NCBI GenBank assembly: GCA_013239625.1
Contig: MU054400.1
Location: 3,293,032 to 3,357,031 of the forward strand
Source: Lama guanicoe
Lineage: Eukaryota
DNA: 64,000 nucleotides
Reading direction: 5' to 3'
How positions within the stretch are numbered: position 1 is the stretch's first letter; each line of letters begins with the position of its first letter. The translations under genes and the position numbers were made by a program. Of the stretch, positions 52,504 to 63,849 are shown piece after piece. The notes under the pieces were generated by a model, which had not been told where the DNA came from, did no database searches, and saw nothing but the letters and a program-made list of their open reading frames with translations.

Positions 52504-53934
52504 GGACTTCGGAGGGGACACGGGCTCCGGGCCCACAAACCAGCTGGTGCCAGAACTTGTCTCTGGCCAGGAGTCTAGCGGCAGGAGCAGAGGGTGAATT
52601 TAAACTGTAACGTTTTAGTTTCTGGCTGGGTGACGGTGGAAACATGTTTATTTATCCTACTTGTACTTCTTGCATGTGTAAATTCTTCGTGATGATTTCT
52701 GAAGAACTGTAACCATCTCTTGTGATAGGAAAACATTATCTAAAACTTAGCATTGCCATCAGTTTCACATCAGCTGCCTTTTCTAACGATTTCAGTCAAG
52801 ATTAAATTGAATAAATTTTGTTTTCTACTGGGACTGCGATGTCACTATGTGTGGCATAATCCCACTCTTCAGAAATTATTTCTGTATGTTTGTGTGTGCA
52901 CCCACAGCTGAATGGGTAGACATGTATCTATTTTAATGTTCAGGCAATAGTAACACAGGTGTTTGGGGGGTAATTGGATTTAGTGTGCTTTGTAGCCTTC
53001 TTTTTGTACTTTTTAAAAATCATAAATATTTTTTATAGCATGCACCATTTGTAGAGAATAGTCATTAAACCAGAGAACTGAAATCCATGGGACCTGGACC
53101 ACGTGTCCTTGAACACAATGCAGAGAGAAGGAGTGTGTCTCCCGTTCTCCAGAGGCTGATCGGGACATCAGACTTCTGCAAGTTCTCTGAGAGCAGTGGC
53201 TCCAGAGGGGCTTAGGGACCAGCAGCATTGCCAGGGTGACATTGACCCCAGGGCCAAGCCCAGCCTCTCACTCTGGGGACCGCGGCGCAGAGGCAAGTAA
53301 GTGGCCAGGGAGACTGAGCATGTCTGAGACTCCAGCTCCAGACCCCCAGACCATCCATTCGGGCACCAGTCGTGGTGGCCAAGGCGTGAGCTGTATCCTG
53401 GCATGTCAGCACCGTGGGGCCCTGGACCTCGTTACGGCTCCCCTCCGCACGTGCACGCAAGTGCAAACACACTCACTCACACACACCTGTAAAGGCTGAA
53501 TGGACCACAAAAGGTGGTGTATCCTCCTTACTGCGCCAGAGAACTGGGACACAACCACACCCTCTTCATGCCTCTGCTCCTGGGCCTGCGAGTCCTCGGT
53601 CACACCAGCTGCAGCAAACACCCTGAACAGCCAGCAGCAGACGCCCCGGCCTGCAGAGGAACATGGGGGGCCTGGTCCACCCACCAAGACGATTCTTAGA
53701 AAGTGAGGGGATGAGGGAGGGGATGGGGGATTCTGAGAAAATCAGGAGAGAAGTGGCCTCAGGAAATGAGGGACCTTCCTGCCAACCTAACGGGTTAGAG
53801 CTCAGACTGTCAATGCCCTGACATCAAGACAACAGTGTGTCATCTGTGCCTCCGCGCCCTTCTCAGCCACGATCCCTCTCACGTGTTCCTCCTTCTTCTC
53901 AGTTCAGTCTCCTCATTAGAAAGAAGAGCAGAAG

Positions 53935-54050
53935 GAAAAAGAATACGAAAAGGAACACATGTATGTGCATGTATGACTGAAGCGCTGTGCTGTCCACCAG
54001 AAATTGACACAACATTGTTAACTGACTAGACTTCAACAAAAATTTTTTAA
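53935..54050 (+). mobile_element. Short L1 3'-tail fragment
   Basis: GAAAAAGAATACGAAAAGGAA..GCTGTCCACCAGAAATTGACACAACATTG..GACTAGACTTCAA, homologous to the tails at 49690-49800 and (antisense) 40645-40715. Confidence 0.85.
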
Positions 54051-54228
54051 AAAAGGAAAGGAAGGGCTGCCATTTATTTTTCTGTCTTTGTATATTGCTG
54101 TATATCTTTATATGTCTCTAATTTGCTAACTCAGTCTTTTTATTTTATTGGCTGAATATATATTCACGAAGACAGGCAGCGCCCGGACCTTCGTCTGCTA
54201 GCGCCTGCTCTACTTTGCTGTTGTTAAC

Positions 54229-54306
54229 GGCGGGGCCGGGGGTTGACGCTGCGACCTCATGTGTGCTATGCAAGCACTCCACCACGGAGCCGCACCCTCC
54301 ATCCCT
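54229..54306 (-). mobile_element. vic-1-like SINE, heavily GC-shifted
   Basis: Minus strand GGAGGGTGCGGCTCCGTGGTGGAGTGCTTGCATAGCACACATGAGGTCGCAGCGTCAACCCCCGGCCCCGCC aligns without gaps to the other SINE copies. Confidence 0.8.
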
Positions 54307-55613
54307 CAGCCTTTTAATCAACTGCCTTATAACACATCCCCTTAGCAGTGATCCATTTACCTGACAATGGCTTTCTTCTCCCTTGTTCCCACACTGGAAC
54401 ATAATCTCCAAGAGGGCAGAGCGAATAGCTGTTTTTTTAATCACAGTATTTCCCCCGCCCAGCACAGTCCAGTATCTATGTCATTAATAAACACATGTCT
54501 TGAGTGTCTGCCATGCGGCATTTCCTACCCTGGCTGTTTTATCTGCATCATCTCATTTTAGGGACTTCCCGCAGTTGGACCTGATATTCTGGAACAGCTG
54601 CCTGTCACCCAGCACTCAAACACCGGATGAACTCATCAGACACAGTTTAAACCACTTTGTTGTGCTCACAAGAAAGTAAAGGACCTCTCCACCTCACCCC
54701 ACCCCTCAAAAAACCCCAAACCTGGAAGCTTGAGGTAGACAAAGTCAGTGGCTGGGGCTACAGTGGAGAGACGGCAAGTCCTGGTGTCAGGGACCCAGAG
54801 CCTTACGGATTTGCAGCCCCGAGCAAGGAAATGAGATGCCAGGACTTGAGGCCACTGGAAATGAGACTCTTGTGGAAAGCCAGGACCCCTGCAGTGGCTC
54901 CAAACTCAGAGAAAGAGCAGGCAGGGAGAGATGGGCCAGAATCAAAGGGAACACCCAAGGAAACGTCCCTGTCTCTACCAGCTCCCTGTAGAAAAATATC
55001 AAGCATTCTTGATAAAACAAAACAAAGCATCGTTTACGACACACTCCCTCTCTTAGCCCTGCTCTCTGTCAACTGAAACAGTTCTGTTTCTTGAAATGTC
55101 TGCTCCTAGGAAGAGAAATTATATAATTCTTCCAACAGTGTGCCTGAAGACTAGAGCGAATGTATGATTTCAAGGTTTTTATTTGATTTCTTAGACTTTA
55201 ATTTAGCTTTTATCTTTACAAACATATACATAATTTTCTAGGTTTTTTTTTCCCTCCTGTGGCTGATCCATGTTCATGATTAAACCCATCATGCCAAGTC
55301 ATTTAGTATCTGCCTACCCAGAGCTCCTTCTAAGGAAAATCATTCTACCCACAACTAAAGCAGTTGGCCCCTTCCCCCCACCCCCCGGTCTTTGCAGATT
55401 GGACTAGGGGAGGGCGGGGCCCTGGGGATCAGGGTGACACTGCAGAGGGACCAGGCTGGGGCTGTCTGGTCTAGTCCAGTCTCCTAGTCCCTCCTGGGAC
55501 AGAGCTACTGGGACACCTTTTCTCCAGCGCCCCATGTTCGATGGGGTCCCTGACAGCACCTCCTCACCTCCGATCTCTCTTGGGACATGAATCATGTTGA
55601 AAGTGAAGTGGTT

Positions 55614-57681
55614 GCTGGGAGAAACACATCATTCAGCAATGGACCTCACCAATCAGCCAGCGACTTACCTTATCCTTCTGGTCTGATCCTCCGCCTCAAA
55701 CACAAACACCTTTCTTTTCAAGTTGCTCCTGTCACAGAATTAAGTGAATGGCAGCTAGGGCTTGGTTAGAAAATCCATCAAATGTCCCAAGTGTCGCTAA
55801 TGCTCAGAAAGATGGGCTTTGGGTCTATTCTTATAAAACAAAGCTTCCTCCCGTTGGTGGAAGAAACGTCAGGAACTCCAAGCATTGGTAGTTCCAAGTT
55901 CATAGTTTCACCAGAGAGAAAAAAGAAGGAAAAAATTACCAGCAGAGTCATGGCTTCTGGGAAAGATTTTGTAAATATCGTCGACTCGTGTCTCAGCACT
56001 TACTCCCATCCCGTCCCTGTGGGGCCTTGTCAGCTAATTCGTTGCCCTCCCAACCATCCAAGGAACGTGCCTTTTTCACAGAAGAGCCTTTAAGGACTTC
56101 AGATGCAAAGAGAAAAACATCTCAACAAGAATGTTTTCAGGGGAACTTTTCAGAAGGCAAAAGATGGACAATGGAGTGGCTTTTCAGGAAGTCTGTGCCT
56201 TTGGAAGACTGTCGGGACAAGGGAACTTTGAAGTGATCCCAGAGGTTGCAGACAAGGAAAAGACACTAAATGGGCAAAAAACGGCTGGAAGCTCTGCTGT
56301 GAAGCGACTCAGACGAGAGGTGAGTTTCCTAAAAAGTATGAAATGCGAGCACATCATACACCAGGAGCAAGTGTTTGAGGCGCCCGAGTGAATGCACCTG
56401 TGACGGGGCTTTGTGAGGAGGGTCACAAAGAAGTTCTGAGAGTCAGCCGAGGTCGACCATCCAAAGCCCCGCTCACGTCAGCTGGAGCGTATCTTCCCAA
56501 CAGGGCACGCGGAGATCTGACGCTGGGGAGCACAATGCTTTCAAGCAGCTTTATTGTGGCTGACAACTTCAACATCAAGGTCATTTTGGCTTCGCTGTGG
56601 GGAAGCCACGCTGTGACACACACGTGGAACCCCTGCAGCCATCAATGCCCATGGCCACAGCCCGCAGTGTGACACTGGGTCACCGTGGCATAAGGACACG
56701 CTATTCTATGGGACCCGCGTTTATGGCAGGCTCAGAAGAGAAATTTTTGAATTAATAAAAAAAAAAAGAGAGAGAGAGAACTGTATTTTGAAGATCCGCT
56801 TGGGGATTCTGTAAGTGATTGTGCTAAAAGCATTTTGAAACAACCTGCAAACGTAGGTCTTGAGACCAGAATCACTGCTGAGGAACAGCTAGATGACCAG
56901 TGATTAGCAAGGCAATGTGCTTTCTCTGGCAAGACCACCCAAAGTGCTAGAAATGATTTCAGAATGGAAAAACAACTCGGGAACCAATGAGGAAAACACA
57001 GCAGAGGAAAAGAAGAGCAAGCGCTCCGTTGAAGGACAGATGAGAGGTGACCAGCCCAGGGCAAGTCGTAACACTCGGACTACAGAGGGAAGCCAGCTCC
57101 CTGCTCGTGAAGATGGAGCTCCCGCGACCAGTAAGAAGGCCAAATGGACAATTTGCACATGTTGCCTCCAGGCTTCACATCTTGCCGACTCTTTCCCGAC
57201 TCTGAACTCTGCCGACTCTGAACTAGTTATCCCCAGAGTGGCATGACCTGCACAAGGGGCTAAAGGACAGCCACCAATGGGCTTGCCGGCAGGCTGTGGC
57301 TGGACTCCAGTTAGGACAGATGCAAGCATTGTCTAGATGGGCAGAGCCCCTCAAAGCAGCCAGGCCAGCTGGGAAGGCCTCAGGGTATACTTGCTCGGTT
57401 GTACTTATATTTGTATTGTATTTAGCCACAGTTATTTATAGAGGAATTCAAGAGGCCAGATGTGATCATGGGTCATTTTGTACCAGAAGACTTTGTTAGG
57501 AAATCGCCGGTAACCTTCCTGCTTTACAGGAAAGTGTTCTGGGTATTCACACAAGTTCTTGTGTTTTTGGGTTGCTAGAGATTGCTCGAGACAACTTATC
57601 TTAAACTTGGAAAAATATATTTTGTGGGTACTTGCTATTAACCAGCCGCTAAATTCCCCATATACTGACTGAATTAATAAA
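55614..57681 (+). pseudogene. STK33: STK33 (serine/threonine kinase 33) retro-pseudogene; coding homology about 55748-57195
   Basis: Fragments in shifting frames match STK33 as I recall it, in order: MAA.GLVRKSIKCP; PSIGSS..SPERKKKEK..SGKDF; PLRTS..RKTSQQ..GNFSEGK; FGRLSGQGNF; AGSSAVKRLRREVSFLKSMKCEHIIHQEQVFE; SAGAYLPNR..GDL; SSFIVADNFNIKV; SVSDCAKSILKQ..RITAEEQLDDQ; LSLARPPKVLEMISEWKNN..EENTAEEK; PATSK..DNLHM..FTS. Many frameshifts and deletions plus stops (e.g. TGA 56389); the kinase domain is contiguous without introns; AATAAA at 57676. Outer boundaries approximate. Confidence 0.93.
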
Positions 57682-58269
57682 AAGTAGAGGTTAACCATAC
57701 ACCTCCCCTGGCCCCTCAAAAAATGAATTCTGCAAGAGGGGGGTGAGAGTCGCTGCTGGCGGGAATGTAAATCAGAGCGAGCTTTCTGAAATGTTATGGA
57801 GCGTGTAGCAAAAGCCTTCACAACATGCATCTGCTTTGCACAACCATCTTTAGTCTCGGTTTTCTCATTTGTAAAGTGAGGACCATGATGGCCCCTCCTC
57901 AAATCGCTGTGACAGCTGAAATTCTGTGTTCCAATCAGCTGCAATAAATAGCTGCTCAATAAATGCCACTCCCACTTCTGTCTTTCCTCTGGGAAAGCCC
58001 CACCCCGTCTGCCATCCGTGTCCCTCTGCTGAGGTCCTGCATCTGCAGGACAGCCTGGTGGATACCATGCCTACCTGTGTTATGATTTAGGCCTGGTGCC
58101 AAGTTGACACGCACTCTGAGATGGCTTTTAAACAGGGATGATGACCAAGGTAAGTGTGAGGCCAAGAAGCCGGTTGCAGCCAGCTCAGGAGATATTAAAT
58201 TCATGATGTCCTTACCTTGTTAGCTTTGCCTTCTGACCAAATAGGCCAAGAAGGGGACAGAAAATGCTC

Positions 58270-58485
58270 TGTGACCGTTTGCTGTGTACCCAGGCCTGTC
58301 ACGGGTGTGAGTCTATTTAATCCACCCAGGAACCGGGTGAAGTAAAGCATTGTTAACTCCCCGGTGATGGATGTTACACTGATGTAGCGCAGTGGGTGAG
58401 GGAGCTGCAGCTCAGAGGAGATGAGTGCCTCCCACACGGCAGTCAGAGGCAGAGCCAGGATTTAAGCCACGTCTTCTGACCCTGA
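58270..58485. mobile_element. MIR
   Basis: CTGTGTACCCAGGCCTGT..ATTTAATCCACCCAG..GCTCAGAGGAGATGAGTG..GGCAGAGCCAGGATTTAAGCC. Confidence 0.6.
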
Positions 58486-58868
58486 GACCCACCCAGGCTC
58501 ATCACCCGAGAAGGACTCTCGATTCCATTTCTGACGTCGCCAGCACTTCCACGTGCGTCACCGTGCTGGGTTCTGGGAAGGCAGAGGGCAGTGCGCCGGA
58601 GCCCCGGCTCAGCATGCAAACTCAGGATTCAGCTGGAGACTTAGCGTCCGGGAAACAAGGAAGTGCACCGAGGGGAGCCTCTGGGGCTGGACGGTCAGAA
58701 GAGCTAAGAGACGGTACTTGAAATAAGACCTGGAAGTCACAACCCTGTAAAGGTCCCAGACTGGACAAGTCCAGCCTGAAGAGCAGAAAGAGAAAGGCCT
58801 TAGGACAGGAGGGGAGCAAACAAGGAAGCGATCGAGGAATAGAAAGAAGGCCAGGAGGCTGGAGAATG

Positions 58869-59527
58869 TGTTAGAGCAGGCAGACAGCTAGCTATGAGCA
58901 GAGAGAGGGGCACGCAGACCAAATGGCAGGAATTGGCCAGAAAGGAGGGGCACGGGCCAAATGCAGGACACCACACATCATGTAAGCACTGGGGGTCCCT
59001 GGGCAGAGAAAGAAAAGCAGGAACCTTGGGGCTGATAAGGGATCATGCCTTTTGGGGTGACAAGTGGCCTGGAGAAGAACAAAGAAAGGTGAGAAAAGGC
59101 AGGAATTTCCAGTGTCCGAATGTACCCTTTTGCTCATTATGCCCTCATTTCAATAAAAACAGCCTTGCAGATCAGAAGTACCCATCATGAAACGATGCCA
59201 TGACACTTCCAATCCAGACTAAATAAGGACAAAAATCCCTCCTTCCTTTGGGAAGGTGGAGTTGGGATGATAATCAGGGAATATGAACCCCAAACCCCTC
59301 CCTCCCCAGTGAATATTCTGCCCTTTCATTTTCACACCGTGTGTAACTAACTTGCCAAAGAAACTCAGAGCAGCTGCTCACCTGAGCCTGCCCTCTCTCC
59401 CCTGAGAGTGTTCTATCCAGCCCTTAATAAATCTCCACTTTACTTTTTTAAATCACTATATCTTGTCTCTGAATTCTTTCTGGGACGGGACAACAACCTG
59501 GAACTCCGGCTACATCCACCGGCAACA
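58869..59527 (+). mobile_element. ERV solo LTR, 659 bp, inserted in an L2
   Basis: TGTTAGAG...GGCAACA termini; AATAAA near 59426; TCTGAATTCTTTCTG in U5; flanks AATG/GATG form a 4-bp TSD with one mismatch. Confidence 0.85.
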
Positions 59528-60060
59528 GATGGAGCAGTGTGAGCGAGGCAGGAGGTGTGCAAGGTCTTGATCAGCCAGGGGCTGCGGGCCGGGGTTGGAT
59601 TGTGCTCTGCAGTGTGGTGGGAAGTCACTAAAAGGCTTTTAGCAGGGAAGCGACACCATCTGATTCATGTGTTTCAAAGACCACTCTGGCTTATGTGCAG
59701 ACAATGAAGCGGGCATTGGTCACCATCAGTTCGGGGCTATTGCGGTGCTTCCAGAACGAGCCGATGGTGCCTGGTCGAGGGCAGGAGCAGGAAAGATGCA
59801 GGAAACTGGACCGTTTTGCCATTTTTGAGGCATCACTGCGTCAGCTTGCTAGCGAGTTGAATCTGTGACTATTGGACGCGAGGGGAAGGGAAAGAAAGAA
59901 CTTGGACAAAGTAGATGGTGAGGCCATTAACCAAGTAGGAAGGCCAAGGGGAGAAACAGATTGGAAGCTGGAGATCAAGAACTCTGTGCTGGCCGTGGAA
60001 CGTTTGAGGTGCTGGTTAGACATCCATACGAGTGCACATAGGCAGCTGAACTGGCCTTCT
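59528..60060 (+). mobile_element. L2 fragment (5' part lies at about 58830-58868)
   Basis: GGGAAGTCACTAAAAGGCTTTTAGCAGGGAAG..ATCTGATTCATGTGTTTCAAAGACCACTCTGGCT..GTTTGAGGTGCTGGTTAGACATCCA. Confidence 0.75.
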
Positions 60061-61589
60061 GCCCCTGGGGTGGTCAGGGTTGGGTTGCATCAACAAGGAA
60101 CTGAGTGTAGAGGAGGGAGGGAGTCTGGGTCCTGGTTTAGGCAGTTGGAGCAATGATGCTGCCTGCCCTGCCTCAAAGACGGTCTTCACAGGGATCAAAA
60201 GAGGTGAGGGCAAACTTCTGTTTCGATGTCAGGGATCGTCTCTAAGTCTCACCACTCACCGGTTCCTTCTTTCCAGAGGCAAGATGGCCAATGAAGAAAG
60301 ATGGCTTTGTGGAACAACTCTTCTACGGTGGAGGATCGGCAGGGGTGCTGGAGTGACCTCAGCTCTCACCTCCCGGACCAGCTGGTGTCTCTGAGTCCTG
60401 GCCTCACATCCGTGAGCCGGGGACCACTGAAGATGGGCTGGTCTTCTTCCCCAGCCCACCCTCGTTTCTGTCGCCCAGAAACATGTAGCGCAAGGGAGCC
60501 CATCGCATGGTGGAGATGCTCGCGAAGCTTTGGGGGCAGTTGGCCTGAGAAACTGGAGTCATCCCAGTGCTTCCTTTTCTCAAACTTTATAAGCACATAT
60601 TTCTTCACGGAGCATTTAACACATGGAAGGGTTCCTTTTGTAATTTCCAGATGTTCTTCTGTTGTCTATGAGGAAGACAAATTCCATTTATTTTCTTTGT
60701 TTGCATATTAAACACACACAACCATCCTTCCATCTAGCTACAAAGCAGACAGTATTTTCCCTTTGATTTTTATCTTTCCTCTCCCTTTGAATGCAGACCA
60801 AGCATGGAAAATTTCCAGTCAAGGGAGTAATTCTTCCCAAAGCTGTGATGCCCGTGAGGCGGGGGCGTAATGTTGTCCACCTGGATGCAAGGCTGCACGC
60901 TCATGGTTGTGGTCCAGGGGGGCAAACGCTGGCCTGGGGAGCCAGCCACCTGCACTTTGTTCACACCTCCATGACTTGTCCAGCCACTCAGCCACCCTGG
61001 GCTTCATTTCCCACCCTTCCAACGGAGAAGATGAAAGCATTCACGCTCTCCCCAAGGGTGCTGTGGAAAGAGCATGTGAGAATCCACTGTGTGTGGTTGT
61101 GTGGTCTGCGTCACTCAAAGGTGGAAAATGTAGGAATGGAAGGATGAAAGTAAAATACATGCTTGAAGGAGAGAGTCTTTTTGATCTCACTTGGTGATGA
61201 AAGAATCAGTGTCATTCACCCAATGCATGTGTTTCCCACTCATCTCCTCCAAAATACTATATACAAATATATTGCGTATGTCTACATACGTCTATTTATG
61301 TAGAGACACATACTTCTCATATGCAGCTATACACAAGGACGCTGTAGGCTGCATATATATTAAACATCTAGAAATCTTTCCCGAACCCCTGCCCTGTGCC
61401 AAGTGCTAGGGATTCCAAAATGAATAATGCACAAAATACCTTTTCTTATGGAGTTCACTGTCTAATAGTGGATTCAGAGTTCTAAGCAATCTTAAGCCTG
61501 CTTATCAAGTGAAACATTAGGCATTTTGTTCAGATTTAGAGAACCTTCTGGGGAGGTTCAAAGCATCACTATCTTGCAGAAAACAGAGG

Positions 61590-62015
61590 CTGAGTAATGG
61601 CTCCCAAAGACATCCACGTCCTTACCCTCAAAGCCAATGAATATGTTACTTCACATGGCAAAGAGGGACTCTGCAGGTATGGTTATCCATGCTGGCCCAG
61701 TGGAACCACAAGACTCCTTATAAGAGGGCAGCAGGAGGATCTGATTCAGAAAAAAGAGACGCAACAAAAGAAACAGAAGTTAGAGCCATGTGCTCAAGAT
61801 GGAGGAAGGGGCCACCAGCCGAGGAATGTGGGTGACCTCTAGAACCCAGAAATGGCACAGAATGGATGGTTCCCCTTCCTGCCCCCAAAAGGTATCAGCC
61901 CTGCTAATATCCTGAGTTTAGACTTCTGACCTCCAGAGCGGAGAGAGAATACACTTGTGCTATTTTAAGCCACTAAATCTGTGGTCATTGGTTATGGTGT
62001 CAACAAGGACCTATT
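61590..62015 (+). mobile_element. MaLR (MLT1D-like) LTR
   Basis: AATGGCTCCCAAAGACATCCACGTCCT..GAATATGTTAC..GATGGAGGAAGGGGCCA..TTTTAAGCCACTAAAT..TGTGG. Confidence 0.85.
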
Positions 62016-62629
62016 GCAGAAGGTTAAGAAGGGATTCTTGGAAGAGCTCAGATTTTGGTTTGAAAGCTAAGCAGAGTGTTTCAGGAAGCCAATTCAGGGG
62101 AAGAGGTGGGGGCAGCCAGACAGGGGGCCATCTCAGCAGTGGATGAGGGTGTGGAAGCCAGCGTGCTACAGAGCCTTTGCTCTGGAATTTTATTTTGTTC
62201 TGACGGTAGAAGGTAGTGGAGAGGAGGCAGAGGTGACGCTGAGCAGTCTGTGAAGGCTCTGGATGGGGAATATCAGTTACCTATGGCCACAGTGATGCAG
62301 CTTCAGCCTCCATCCACTCATCATTTCTCGCAAGTCCCTGGGTCCTCTGGGGGGCCGTGCATGTGAGCAGACCCAGCTGACTTAGCTGGCTTCTCGTGCA
62401 TCTGCTGTCAGACAGCAGGTGGTCTGTGGGATGGTTGGTCCAGATCGGCCTCAGCTGCGAGGTCTTGGCTCTCCCCCACGTGTCTCTCACATCCTTCCAG
62501 GGACCTATCTGGGGTGTGTTCTCTCAGTACAGCAGGGGTCAAAAGAGAAGCAGCAGATATTTACAAGCACTTTTCAACCTACCACTTGCGTGAAGATGAC
62601 CGCCATCCCACTGGCGGAGGCAAGTTATA

Positions 62630-63020
62630 TGGTGTCTCAGTTTGCCAGGGCGGCCGTAACAAAGTACCTCAGACTGGGTGTCTTACACAACAGAAATGTC
62701 TTTCCTCACAATTCTGGAGGCTAGGAGTCCAAGATCAAAGTGTTGGCCTGCTTGGCTTCTCTAGAGTCTCTCTCCTTGGTTGTAGATGGCCATCGTCCCC
62801 CTGTGTCTCCACACGGTCTTCCCTCTGTACGTGTCTGTGTCCTATTAATCTCTTCTTTTCATCAGGACACCAGTCATATCAGATTCGGGCCCACCCTAAT
62901 GATCTCATTTTAACTTAACTCTTTAAAGGTCCTTTCTCCTAATAAATTCATATTCTGAGGTACTGGGGGGCTAAGACTTCAACATATGGATTTGGAGAGG
63001 ACACAGTTCAGTCCATAACA
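62630..63020 (-). mobile_element. MaLR (MLT1B-like) LTR
   Basis: GCCGTAACAAAGTACC..ACAACAGAAATG..CACAATTCTGGAGGCTAGGAGTCCAAGATCAA..GACTTCAACATATG..ACAGTTCAGTCCATAACA. Confidence 0.88.
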
Positions 63021-63849
63021 CACAGCCCAGTCCAGAGTCGTTGGGAAGAGGGGTACCAAAGGGCATGGTCCCTGGAAAGCATCAATCTACCACACCAGGA
63101 ATTGAGGATTTTTATTTAGATTCATTACATGATTGGAAGTCTGCAGATTTTTAACTGGGCAGTCTAATAATAGTAAATAGCATTTAAAGAAATTATAGTT
63201 CCAAATAGATTTCTTGCTAAAACACAACGTTGATTTACAGAATTTTAATAAAAGTGGATTCTTAATGTCATGGCTTTGATCCAGCATACTGATTTCAGTT
63301 GTCTATTGCAAAGTGGTCCAAAACCTAGTGGCTTAAACAACCATTTGTTAGATTTTGTGATTTTATAGATCAGGAGCTTGGACCAGACTAAGCTAGGCAC
63401 CTCAGAGCACCCAGAGAGAGCATTCCAAGAGAGAGACAATAGAAGCTGGCAGTCTTTTGAGGACTGGGCCTGGAAATAAGCACAGAGAGCCTTCCACTCT
63501 GCTCTATGGGTCAAAGCAGCCATCTTTGTGTTCTTCACTGCTACCAGCAGCAGTGGGCTCCAGACCCACTGGAAAGGAGTGGAAAGAATGAAGGGGGGTG
63601 ACCTTCTGGCCCTGTCGTCTTGGTGTTGTCATCCTACTCGGTCCCTCCAACAAAGAGTGAGGGGCCCAGGAGAGCAGTGAGCCTACCCTCTGCCCCACGA
63701 GAGCCTGGGGGTGGGACCGGGCCCCCGGAAGTCTTCCTCTTTCCACTCTCTCCTCTCAAAAGTGCTCACTTTCTCAGAACGCCCTCATCACTCTTCCCCT
63801 GCTCAAAAGAGAGGGGCAGTTCGTCTTCCCGATTCACACACTAGAACTT

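Noticed and set aside
55782..57246. Functional kinase gene or several small genes
   Set aside because: All are fragments of one STK33 retrocopy with stops, frameshifts and lost catalytic residues
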